The notes beneath the pieces are model-generated. The model was not told where the DNA came from and did no database searches. It saw nothing but the letters and a program-made list of their open reading frames with translations. A DNA stretch of 64,000 bases from positions 275,776,001 to 275,840,000 of the forward strand of contig OZ024742.1 in the NCBI GenBank assembly GCA_964016885.1. The letters run 5' to 3'. This document shows, one piece after another, positions 1 to 10,819 of the stretch (position 1 is the first letter of the stretch; each line of letters opens with the position of its first letter). Made by a program: the position numbers and the translations under genes. This DNA comes from Eledone cirrhosa (taxonomy: Eukaryota).

Positions 1-1016
1 TGTGTGACTTATACTTGCAGTTCTGAGCCTTCTTCAGTGGTCTGTGCTACTGAAAGGTCACGCTGGATTTTCTCTCCTCAAGCTCATGTTTTTTTTTGCC
101 ACCTTTAGTATTGTATGAAACAATTATTGATTTCACACTCACATCGGTGGCTATGCTTCTCTAGCTTTTGTGGTGTTAGCGTGGAACATTATCTCCCTTA
201 TTTATGTTTTTGTATAGCACCACCGGCAGTATTTAATTCTTGACGTCAGCTCTATTGTAGATCTTTGACTTTTCTTGTTTTTTTAGAGCACATCATGACT
301 GGCAAAAAATGGAGAAGAAAAGCCTCAATATGTTGTTTGCAGTAAAGCTTTGACAAATGATTCTATGAAACTGACAAAGTTGAAGCAACGTTTACAAAAT
401 GTTCATCCTCAACACAAGGACAAGGACAACAGCTTTTTGAATGTCATGGGAATGCTCTTAAAAGGATGAAGCGGATTCAACAGGGGCATTCCAAGAAACA
501 AACCTAAAGATTAATGAAGCTTCTTTGTCGTAGCACTGGAGATAGCAATGCAGAAAAGCCACATACATTTGAGGGAACTTTGATCAAACCTTGCTCTCTC
601 AAAATGGTGGAAATTGTGTTGGGAAGTGGATTGGAGAAAAAGTTTGCAGCAGTTTCACTATGAAACAGTGCTGTTCAAAGGAGGATCAGAGACATGGCCA
701 ATGACATCAAGGATCAAGTCTGCCACATTTGGCTGATTTCCAATTCAACTTGATGAATCAACTGATTTGGCATCGTGTTCCCTGTTGATGGTGTTTGCAA
801 GGTATGTGCATTCAGGTTCATTTAAAGAGGAGTTTCTCTTTTCATCTCATCTTGAAACGACTACCAAGGCCCCTGGTATTTTGCAAAAGGTTTCATCTTT
901 CCTTGAATCAGAAAATCTTTTGTGGAATAATATTTGTGGGTGATGTACAGATGGAGCACCAGCTATGTTGGGTATAAAATCAGGATTTCAAGTTTGTGTG
1001 AAAAAGCGAGCTCTAA

Positions 1017-1361
1017 AACGGCTGCGTGTTCGTATCACGTCAGGGTTACCAATATAGCGAGAGTACTGGGTTGTATGAATGTAACAAAACAAGGCATGGT
1101 TTGTGTGTATAATATTTAATTAACAATGGTAGATAGTATAGTTGACATGTCAAAGAAATAGATGATAGAATGAAACAAAGTTAGTCGTTACCGTTTTGAT
1201 TGCCAGGCAAACGCGGCTGGCAGAGGACGCCAGGCGCCGGAAGGCCAAATGAGAGGCAGAGAGCCGAGAGCTATTCGTTTTATAGGGCTCTGCCGGAAGT
1301 TACAGAAAGGGTTCTACTTCCCGTCTAGATGTTAATCCAAACAAGGGAGACAACCGCTACA
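1017..1361 (-). mobile_element. LTR (~310 bp) plus extended tRNA-Trp primer-binding sequence, inserted in the hAT transposase
   Basis: Absent from the paralogous site (38466 GCTCTAAAAGTGAAAGG). Minus strand starts TGTAGCGG and ends TCGCTATA, then T-TGGTAACCCTGACGTGATACGAACACGCAGCC. Homologous to 13971-14314. Confidence 0.8.
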
Positions 1362-2527
1362 AGTGAAAGGCATTCAATGTATGATCCATCATCAGACACC
1401 GACCTCCAAAATACTTCCAGGTTCATTATCAATCCATACTGTTCAAAGGAGGATCAAGTATCAAGTTGTGTAGGAAATCAAGTCTGCAGTATTTGGCTTA
1501 TTTTCAATTCAGCTTGTGGAATGGATCATGCACCTTGCCTATTTGGTTGATATTTTTGAGCAGCTAAATAAACTGAATCTTCAGACAAAAGGAAGGAATA
1601 CAAATATCATAAAATTTGTGGATGCTTTGAAAGCTTTCATGGGCAAACTAGAAAATTGGAAGAGAAAGATCAATATCAAAAATGTTGCAATGTTTGAGAA
1701 GCTGTCATCTGTTGTTGGTGGTGGTGAAGACCAAGTGCTTCGACAATTTGTAAAAAATGAAATTTTGTAGCATTTGTCATCAGTGGAAAATGAATTCAGC
1801 CAATATTTTCCTGAACTCAGGGATGATGATTTGGATTTAATGCAAAATCCATTCAAATTGTCAATTGAATAAGTTCCCAATATAAATTTCTGGAGCTGAA
1901 AACTGATTTTGGGGCAAGAGATATGTTCAATGAGAAATCAATTACAGAATTTAGGCTCTTCGTGTGTAATTCCTACCCAAAAGTGGAGAAAGAGTAATCA
2001 GTGCATTGCTTCAATTTGTGTCAACATATATTCGTGAATCAGGTTTTTCAACTCTGTTGCAAATTAAAACAAAATAACATAATAGATTAGAGGTTGAAAA
2101 TGACCTGTGTTGTACCCTTTCAAGCACTCCTATGGATATACCATTGGTGAAGAAAAAAACAATCACAGGTTTCTCATTGATTGCAATCTTTATCTGATTG
2201 AATATTTACAATATCCTGACATTGTATTGAACTTTTTTTTTAATTTCATTATGCTTCAGTTTGGTTTGTTAAGTAATTAATTATAAATATTAAAAAAATA
2301 CTTTTATTCAAGTTTTAACATCCATCAACATTTTCAATTGCTATTGAATGTATAAAACTCCACTATAAAAATAATCTATGTAAAGCAATCTTTATTTGAA
2401 TAAAATAAATTACAATATCATTGTATTCAACTTTTTTCTATCTCAGTATGCTTTGTTAAGTAATTAATTATAAATATTAAAAAAATACTTTTATTCAACA
2501 TTTTCAATTGCTATTAAATGTATAAAA

Positions 2528-2714
2528 GTGCGGTGGATTGACAGTATTGGTAGAGGGTCGGACGCCATGCTTTGACGTATAGAGTTACGGCCCTTGCCAT
2601 TCTGAGTTCAAATACCGCCATGGTTAACTTTGCCTTTCATCCTTGTGGGGTCGATAAAATAAAGTACCAGTAATGCACTGGGTAATTGCTGGCCTTGTGC
2701 CTAACGTAGAAACA
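2528..2714 (+). mobile_element. tRNA-derived SINE (family 1; central CCTTTCATCC..GGGGTCGATAAAATAAAGTACC domain)
   Basis: 15-bp TSD ATTAAATGTATAAAA at 2513-2527 and 2715-2729, B-box-like GAGTTCAAAT, and further copies at 31626, 39346 and 59554. Confidence 0.85.
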
Positions 2715-3306
2715 ATTAAATGTATAAAACTCCACTATAAAAATAATTAGTGTAAAGCTATATGTACTAATATGGAAGAAAATAGAGGATTTTCAATATT
2801 ATATGCATATTATTTGGAATGCATCCTTTGAGTAAGACAATCTTGGAAAGGGGGAAATGACATTCTGACATATGGTGAAAGGGGTGCATGGGGCAAAAAC
2901 AGGTTGAGAAGCACTGATATATACAATCCCAGACAAAAAATAATGTTTTATATGAAAATGAATCTGTAGAGCTTTATTTCATATTAATATTGGATAGCTC
3001 CACCTATGGATTTGTTCAATATAGAAATTCTTTGGGGCATGGTATCTGTTAGCTTCTTACACTGTTCAGATGAAATATTTTACCACTTATTTTCTAGAAA
3101 AGTTTTTGCTGGGATAACTTTTTTGAAATAATGTTTCTTATATTTTCAATTGGACTTCAATTTGGATTCTGCCCAGGCCAGAACATTAATTTTAAAGGGT
3201 TGTAATTCAACCATTTCGTTGTCAATTCAGCAATAGTAGTGGGACGCTTGGAAATTCCCTGGACGAAAAAATTAAGAGGAGTTATTGAAGAGACGTTTGT
3301 CTAGTT

Positions 3307-3920
3307 CAAGGTTCTCAAAGTGGGCAGTACTAATCCCCAAAACTCGAGAAGTACCCAACCGATTTTTTTCAAACTTTACATGTGTATTACTTATGTTTCA
3401 GGGAGTGTTATGCACATAAAAAATTCAAATTTTGATCTCCTAGGGCCTGCATTAGGTGAAAAACTGCGTTTTTTAAGCTTTTTAGGGCTTTTTGGAGGCG
3501 TTACGTCTAGCCGATTTTTCCAAAATTTCAAGGCATATTATGCACATAAAATAAATTCATTTTCTTGATCCCCTAGGGCCCGCATTAGGTGAAACCCTGC
3601 ATTTTTCCTGCTCCATCGAGGAAAATCTTAAAGATTATCCAGCCATCAGAGTATTCAGTTTATTTTCTTTACATATTGTCCAGGCATGCCATTTTTTCCA
3701 CGATTAGGTCTGTTGGCGGCCTGCCTTCCAAAATACCTTATCCTGTGTAACGCCAGGTACCACTGCTAGCTATATATAAATTAACGATTTTATTTATATA
3801 TTATGTACAATTTGTGCGTAGGCAGGTCTTTCTGGAAATATGGGTGGGGGGCGGGGGTGGCCACTGAGGGTATAACTTGGCATAAGGGGGGCGGTGGCCC
3901 AAAACATTTGAGAACCTCTG
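3307..3920. mobile_element. Non-autonomous hAT element (MITE)
   Basis: TIRs CA(G)AGGTTCTCAAA / TTTGAGAACCTCTG. Perfect 8-bp TSD GTCTAGTT (3299-3306, 3921-3928) with central TA, as in Buster-type hATs. Confidence 0.85.
3331..3769 (+). mobile_element. Helitron-like fragment nested in the hAT MITE
   Basis: Ends with hairpin CCTGTGTAACGCCAGG followed by ...CTGCTAG. Absent from paralog B. A similar terminus lies on the minus strand at 9795-9830. Confidence 0.55.
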
Positions 3921-4271
3921 GTCTAGTTGTATATTATCTCTTCCCTCCTTTTGTCTTAGTATATATGAGTATATAAATATAAATGCGCAAATGCACACTC
4001 ACACAAAACGCACATACACACACAAGTGTAGTTAATCTTGGAACGTTCGTCGCTATAGCATTTCCCCAGCCCCTTGCGTCCTCAATCATTGCGTAGATGT
4101 GTGTGTATATATTAATTATTATAATGTGTCCACTTATGAAAATGTCTGAGTAGATTAGTGTGTGTGCGTTTGCACTTCTGTTGTCTGTTTACCTGTTTAT
4201 GTATTTATGTGTAGATGTGTGTATGTAACTAAAGCATAACGTAAAAACGAATGGATGCAACACACCAAGAA

Positions 4272-4850
4272 TTATAAGGTGGACAGGTGTGTTATCTTGC
4301 TGAAAGACGAGATTCACTCAAGTTTCTGAACTGAACAGATTGTCAACGCTTAGCAACAACCCACTCTCTAGATTATTGATGTATTCTTTAACATTGATAT
4401 CCTTCTTTCATTGAGTAAGTTTGCCAATACCTGCAGATGAGAATGCTCCCCACATCATGATTCCACCACTTCCATGTTTAACAGTTGTTTGTAGACAGTC
4501 TGGCCTGAATCTTTCACTTGATCTTTGAAAGCATTCAGGTGCATCACTACAGAGAGAAAACCTTGACTCATCACACCATACTTGTTCAAACTATTCAGCT
4601 TCAAAGCACAATCTGTCCTTGGCATTCCTCTTCGACAGCCAAGGCCTCTTTGTACATCTTTTTGAAGATATTCCAGATTCCTTCACCCTCCTAGTGACAG
4701 TCCTTTATAGAGTCTTTCCATTACTAATTTTGAATTATTTGTTCATATTTGTCATGGTTACCTTCCTATCTCAGAGGCCATCTCTTTTTGTTGAAGCATT
4801 TGGATGACTAGAATCCAATATTCTTGCAACAGAGTCTGTCTGTTCCTAGT
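4272..4850 (-). mobile_element. Decayed Tc1/mariner transposase fragment
   Basis: Minus-strand translation gives VWCDESRFSL, CLQTTVKHGSGGIMMWGAFS and FQQDNTPVH (Tc1 D..D motifs), with stops. Confidence 0.8.
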
Positions 4851-5099
4851 GCAGGCCAATCTGTTTGACAGTCAACAAGGATGTTTGCACATTTTTCATT
4901 TTCCAAATGGTAAAAATTTGTTTATAATCCATTCCAGCAATTTGGTTTTTCACCTTTTCATCATGATGATAACGTAATTTATTTGGTGACATAAGACAAT
5001 TGTAATTAAGATTTAGTTTATATTCACTCAAAATAGAAAATAAAGAAAAGTCCATAAGAAAAGTGACAATTCAGGAAAAACAACATTTTCTAGAACACA

Positions 5100-6060
5100 G
5101 CATAGCCAAGGCTCTTTTTTTGCCTGGGTATGTGTGTGAAAAAGGCCTTTGACAGAGTACCACGATTTGTTATCTGAAACTGGATGTAGATGAATAATTC
5201 AAGTCATGTACAAAGGAGCTGTCAGTAAAATTAGTGTATGTAATAAGTTTAGTGGGGAATACAATGTGCATGTAAGTGTTCATTAAAGATCAGTACTCAG
5301 CTCCCATCTGTTTATTATGGTTCTCCCTGCTATAACAGAATTTTACGACTGGCTGTCCATGACAACTTCTGTATGCTGACAACCTTGCTCTTATAGCTGA
5401 ATCTTTGGGAGAGCTTCAGAAGAAATTCCAGTTGTGGAAACAGAACTTAGAATCAAAGACACAGAGTAAACCTAGTAGAAACCAAAGTGTTAGTAAGTAG
5501 GAAAGAAGTCAAGACTGATTCCATCAAGGAAGTGAGTGGCTGTGCACAATATGTAGAAAAGGAATAGGTAGAAAGTCTATACGATGTACTCAATGTAAGA
5601 TATTTGAAAATGAACATTTTCCTATCATAAATACCATAGAAGTAGTTGATAGTTTCTGTTACTTAGGTGACATAATTAGCAGTGGAGGAGCTTGCTCAGA
5701 AAGCATGGTATTTAGAAAAAAAACAGACTGGAAAATGTTTATGGAGTTACTACCTCTGTTGACAACAATTGTATGATGTCTGAAGTGAGCTATGAACAGT
5801 AAATTTCTGAGGATATACAACAGCAGGAGAGAAATGAAGTGAACATGTTTCATTGAATGTGGAATGTTAGTGTTCATAAATAATGGGGCATGGAGGAACT
5901 GAGAGAAAAGCTGACAATAACAGAAATCAGATGTAGTGTGCAAGGGAGAAAACTTTGCTGGTTTAGACATATGATATCTATAGATGATGAATGCAGGGTG
6001 AAGAATTGTCCTTCCCTGTGGGAGGGAGTTGCAGTAGAGTAAGGCCAAGGAAGACATAAG
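5100..6060 (+). mobile_element. Old RTE LINE fragment (RT region)
   Basis: Degenerate KAFDRVP, LLYADNLALIAES and FCYLGDIISSGG motifs, homologous to the younger RTE copies in the window. Confidence 0.75.
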
Positions 6061-6254
6061 TCAATTTATTAATATGTCTTAACTTTTCATTGAGATGTGT
6101 AAGTATAATAGACAGTTAACTACATAAATTAATATATATATAATATATTTTTTCTAAAAAAAATTTGTCGATCGACTTTCGTCAAATTGGAGCGAGGAAA
6201 CAATGTTTCCGTTGGTCTTTCCAATTGCTAATACCATCTATCTAGGTAGAAGGA

Positions 6255-6365
6255 GCAACAGGAAATAAAATGTCTTGCTCAAGGACATAACACATAGCCC
6301 AGTCCAGGAACCGAACTGACAACCTCACAATTGCAAATCCAGTTCTCTAACCAATCAGCCACACT
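6255..6365 (-). mobile_element. Partial tRNA-derived SINE head (family 2-like)
   Basis: Minus strand GTGGCTGATTGGTTAGAG...GTTCGGTTCC...CCTTGAGCAAGACATTTTATTTC, similar to 6920-7080. Confidence 0.65.
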
Positions 6366-6385
6366 TATATATATATATATATATA

Positions 6386-6745
6386 TATAATATAAAACGA
6401 AAAATCAGTGATGCACCTGGATTCAATTTATTGTGTGTTACAATTGTTTTGCCGGCAGACAGGTCGAGACACGATCATTGAATGGAACAAATATTCTCGG
6501 AGAAAATTTGTTCCGAAATTATTGCAAGTGTCCGACGAACCTGCAGTTCTAGAATCAGACAGATCCATACAATGATCGTGTCTCGAGCTGTCTGCCAGCG
6601 AAACAATTCTAACACACAATAAATTGAGTCCAGATGCACCACTGATTTTTCGTTTTATGTTATATCACACTCTGCTCTGTAAGAACATAGAGTGCTCAAC
6701 TGGCATACCGCCTATGGAAGCATCATAGCTACCATTAAACACACA
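6386..6745 (+). mobile_element. Penelope-like pseudo-LTR remnant with ~100-bp inverted duplication
   Basis: Inverted arms 6386-6486 and 6564-6664 with about 9 mismatches. Contains a hammerhead-like core and sits next to (TA)n. Confidence 0.6.
6521..6620 (+). ncRNA. Type I hammerhead ribozyme (partly mutated)
   Basis: Stem I ATTG-CAA-GTGT / ACAC-A-CAAT. Core CCGACGA (6532-6538) and GAAAC-AATT-(C)TA (6600-6611). The inverted arm preserves ACAATTGTA. Confidence 0.6.
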
Positions 6746-6749
6746 TATA

Positions 6750-7080
6750 TCATTTCATTTCACGTCCGCTTTTCCCTGCTTGCAAGGGTGGGACGGGAAC
6801 TGATTCTGGCTTGATTTCTACAGCTGGATGCCCTTCCTAACACCAACCTCATTTACAGTGAGTGCTGGGTGCTCTTTTTCCATGGCGCCTACACGACCAC
6901 TTTGCAGTGGTATGATATGGATCCCAGTCCCTATCATCTCATTTCTACAGCTGAGTAAACTGGAGTAATGTGAAATAAAGTGTCTTCCTCAAGGAAACAA
7001 CACATCACCTGGTCTGAGAATTGAACTCATAACCTTTCGATTGCAAGGCCATTGCTCTAACCACTAAGCCATGTGCCTCC
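6750..7080 (-). mobile_element. tRNA-derived SINE (family 2) with RTE-derived 3' tail
   Basis: Head with A box TGGCTTAGTGG and B box GAGTTCAATTC. 3' part matches the RTE 3'UTR at 10820-11070. Second copy at 9841-10178. Confidence 0.85.
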
Positions 7081-7094
7081 ATATATATATATAT

Positions 7095-9660
7095 GAATAA
7101 ATTTAGTCCTTCATCAGTGATCTTCCAACCTTCATTGGTATTTCATCGCTTTAAAGACCATATACCGCCGGTTGGTGCGAGCAACGGCTAAAGAAAGTCG
7201 TTGGGACACGTAAATAAGGGGAACAAGCGAGACAGTAAACAATCAAAGATGGTAATGCAACGAAAAGTGAGGAAGAAGGAGTCAAGTCCCTGAAATCGAT
7301 GAACATAAGTTCTGTGAAATCGTAGACGAGAGAGAATAAAGATCATACGACCTGGTCAAAGTGTGTGTGGAGAAAGAATCTCACACAGGTCAAACGGGAG
7401 AAAGTATATATAATAATGAGATTAGCACCATACTTATGGCTAGGCAGACTATCATTGAATTCAACGGAGCACTCTGAACTAGAAAAGATAGAACAGACAA
7501 CTTTGACATTATGATGGGCTCAAGTGACTCCGCGCAAATCACCGATTTAGTTGGAATTTACCTATTACATAACATCAGAGCCGAAATCCAACCCTTGCAA
7601 GGCGGAATATACAGGGACGACGCCCTATTTGCAGTCCACAATTGCACTAATCGGGGCATCGATTTGCTAAAAAAACAATTACATAGATTCTTTAAAAATA
7701 ACGGTCTCTCTATCACCATCGAGCCGAACCATAAAGTAGTAAACTTCCTAGACGTCACCCTGGATCTCAACAATAACCTATATTACCCTTACCATAAACC
7801 ATGGGAAATACTCACATATATTAGCCCACACTCTAACCACCCACCGGCAGTCATCAGAGCAGTAATCAAATCTATCTTGTATAGGATCTCAATGCTATCA
7901 GCAAATGAGGAGATATTTATAAACCATGCACAATATTATAATAAGGCTCTTTCTGAATCTGGTTATGAACAATCAATTTATTACATACCTAAATGCCATA
8001 ACACAGCAATTCACCATAATAAACTTAACACTAGAACTAAAAATACCTTAGCATATAGCCAGATTCGCCGGAATTTTAGCAGTAAACAGCACCTATACAG
8101 GGAACGTTAATGGTGGCAGCGGCCTGCTCCCCACTCCAAGTTGTAAACTAAAGATCAACCCTAGAATAGGAATGAGAAATGGGATGACAAATAACAAATC
8201 CCCAGGTAATAATAACCCTATGAAGGCCTCTACCAACTCCACTAGAATCCCTAGAAGGAATAGACCTAGAAATATCACCTGGCTTAACTCCCCATTCTCA
8301 TCTAATCTAGCCACTAATATCCCCAAACGCTTCTTCTCTATCCTATCTAAACATTTCCCCCCCAACCATAGATATTACAAACTATTTAATAAAAATAACA
8401 TTAAAATCTCATTCTCCACAACACCTAACCTAGCTAGCCACATCGCATTCAGTAACCATCATAAACTAAGACAGTATAACTCCAACACCGCGGTACCACC
8501 ACCCCTATCAAATACACCATGCCAAAACACCAATAATTACTCTAGTAGCACACCTCCCCCATCTAATCCTTCTAGCACTGACCTACCGCTTAGGTTAAAC
8601 TACCCTACTCTCACTAACCGCAGAAGCAACTGCAACTGCCGGTACCCCAATGCATGCCCATTAAATGGAAACTGCCTGACACCCAACATAGTCTATAGGT
8701 GCACGGTTAAAACTGCTTCGAATACCAGCTCTTATATCGGGTCTACCTCTAACCCTTTTAAGGTACGCTATAACGCACACTCTTTTTCCTCCCGAGACCC
8801 TAGCAACAGATGTTCGACATCGCTAGCTAGGCTCATTAAAAACCTTAAATTAAACAACGTTCAACACTCAATAAAATGGGATATCGTGGCTAGGGCCCAA
8901 CCGTTCAATGGATGAAGAAAATCTTGTGATCTCTGTATTACAGAAGCATATTACATAACTCTATCAAGGCCTCTACCAATTAACGATAGAACGGAGGTAA
9001 CTATTAGCTGTCAACATCGAAGGGCTAATTCCTTCGCCAATAGAATATTTAACCCAACTTAGTCATCTAGCCCCATTTTTACTTGTAGCTACTAAGTTAA
9101 ATAGCTATGAACAACTTAGATAATTATAAGTTACCTCCCCTACATTGTCTCTCAATTAAAAAATTAGCACTTAACTATAAATACCCACAATTTCTAATCT
9201 CTCGAGGAGTTACTTCCCCTGAAACCACCCTCTAATTAGTAAGGTAAATATGTCCTTTGGCAGCCATCTTGTTACCCATAGGCAGATCTCACACAATGCA
9301 GCCTCGACAGATGAATACTGCTTGATTATGGCTGACAACTGATGCAACCAAGACACCATAGTGAAAACCAATATATGGAAGATTATATTATGTAACATTC
9401 TCTCATTATTTTAATTTATATTCCTTTGAAGTTCTGATGAGCCGCTCTGTCTTTTAAATATGTTAATTATTTTCAACTGAACCAGATCTATTATGATATA
9501 TAGTCATCTGATCCAGAAATATTATATGGAGTAACGAAACAATTGTAAAAGGACATTATTATTATTATTATTATTCTCTACATTCCTTACATCAAACTAA
9601 AATATGTTGACAATCTTTTAATAATGTCTTCCTTGTGAAATTTGTGGTCTTGTTTTGCTT
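7095..9660 (+). mobile_element. Penelope-like retroelement, 5'-truncated (RT + GIY-YIG; Naiad-like motifs)
   Basis: ORF 7511-8110 has MGS..SAQITDLVG, IYRDD, NFLDVTLDL and SNHPP. ORF 8172-9062 (through an in-frame TGA at 8913) has WLNSPFS, CNCR..CPLNGNC, IVY..YIGST..FKVRYNAH and CDLC..E..CQH. Flanked by (TA)n. Confidence 0.9.
9422..9554 (+). ncRNA. Type I hammerhead ribozyme in the Penelope 3' pseudo-LTR
   Basis: CTGATGA (9434-9440), long imperfect stem II, GAAAC-AATT-GTA (9536-9547), and bulged stem I TCCTTT..TT / AAAGGA. Confidence 0.65.
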
Positions 9661-9840
9661 AACTAATGAATATATATATATATATATATATACATACATA
9701 CACACACACAGTTTTTTATATTCTTACACTGTATATAATTTTATATTACTTTTCATTTTCCACTTTTTAAAAAATATATTTCTTCATATTTTTACTAGCA
9801 GAGGTACCTGGCAATGCCCAGGTATTTTATGAAAGTCCTT

Positions 9841-10178
9841 TCATCATCATTTCATTTTACGTCCGCTTTTTCCCTGCTTGCAAGGGTGGGACAGGAACTG
9901 ATTCTGGCTTGATTTCTACAGGTGGATGCCCTTCCTAACACCAACCTCATTTACAGTGAGTGCTGGGTGCTTTTTTGCCGTGGCACCTCTACGACCACTT
10001 TGCAGTGGAACGATATGGACCCCAGTCCCTATCATCTCATTTCTACAGCTGAGTAAACTGGAGCAATGTGAAATAAAGTGTCTTGCTCAAGGAAACAACA
10101 CATCACCCGGTCTGAGAATTGAACTCACAACCTTTCGATTACAAGGCCAATGCTCTAACCACTAAGCCATGTGCCTCC
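9841..10178 (-). mobile_element. tRNA-derived SINE (family 2)
   Basis: Near-identical to 6750-7080, with an (ATG)n-type tail. Confidence 0.85.
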
Positions 10179-10504
10179 AAAGTAACAATATGTTTTGCTG
10201 CATATTACAAAATATCTGACCAATGAAATAGGATTATTCTAAGTAGGGATTATAAAAATATTAAAACTAAATTCCAAATTTTTTATTATCTTTGTAGGTT
10301 TTTTTTTGCACAATCAGAACCTCCAAAATTCAAAACAAAGCACCAGAAGGCTACTTTGAAAACCATGACTGAAATAACATAAAAGATAAAGTTAGTATTG
10401 GCTCATGAATGAACTATTATAAAGTATTTACTTATTCATTTCTATAATTCAGAAAGTGTATTTAGATTTTTACACTATAGCTTTCACTCACCTTTGCCTC
10501 TAAG

Positions 10505-10790
10505 GCAGTAGGATCATGTTTGAGGGAGATTTGTTTTCTATTTCTGTCAGGTATATCAACAATTATAGTTGCTCCCATAGAATACATACATATACACACA
10601 TATATGTATGCGTGCGTGAGACAGTAGGCTGTGATTTGAGGAGGATTTTGTTTGTGTTTCTAGTAGATCAAGGTATCACATAGAACCTTTCCTTTTTGCT
10701 TCATACATAATACATACATAAGACAGTAAGGTAGGATTTGAAGGAAATTTGGTTGCTATTTTTAACAGGTCTAGCTACTACACAAAGATT
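10505..10790. repeat. Three diverged copies of a short dispersed repeat (GTAGG...GATTTGAGGGAGATTTG)
   Basis: Motif recurs at ~10507, ~10624 and ~10725. Its reverse complement resembles the 85-bp satellite unit at 32261. Confidence 0.5.
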
Positions 10791-10819
10791 GCACTTATAC
10801 TACTTTATATAGCAGAGGT

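Larger units (their letters stand above)
290..2916 (+). mobile_element. Decayed hAT (Buster/Charlie, ZBED8/SCAND3-like) DNA transposon, copy A
   Basis: Frameshifted transposase fragments (PQYVVCSK BED-like finger, IQLDESTD, TDGAPAMLG, LAYLVDIFEQLNKLNL, ESGFSTL). Right terminus AGGTTGAGAAGCACTG ends at 2916. Left end not identified. Confidence 0.85.

Noticed and set aside
1020-1051. tRNA-Trp gene
   Set aside because: Only the 3' 32 nt with CCA are present, with no D-arm or anticodon arm. Treated as primer-derived.
2180-2530. ~200-bp local duplication in the hAT 3' region
   Set aside because: Ordinary tandem duplication. Only useful for showing the SINE empty site at ~2343.
6990-7080. tRNA gene on the minus strand
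   Set aside because: A and B boxes run into a SINE body and RTE tail, and the unit is repeated at 10090-10178.
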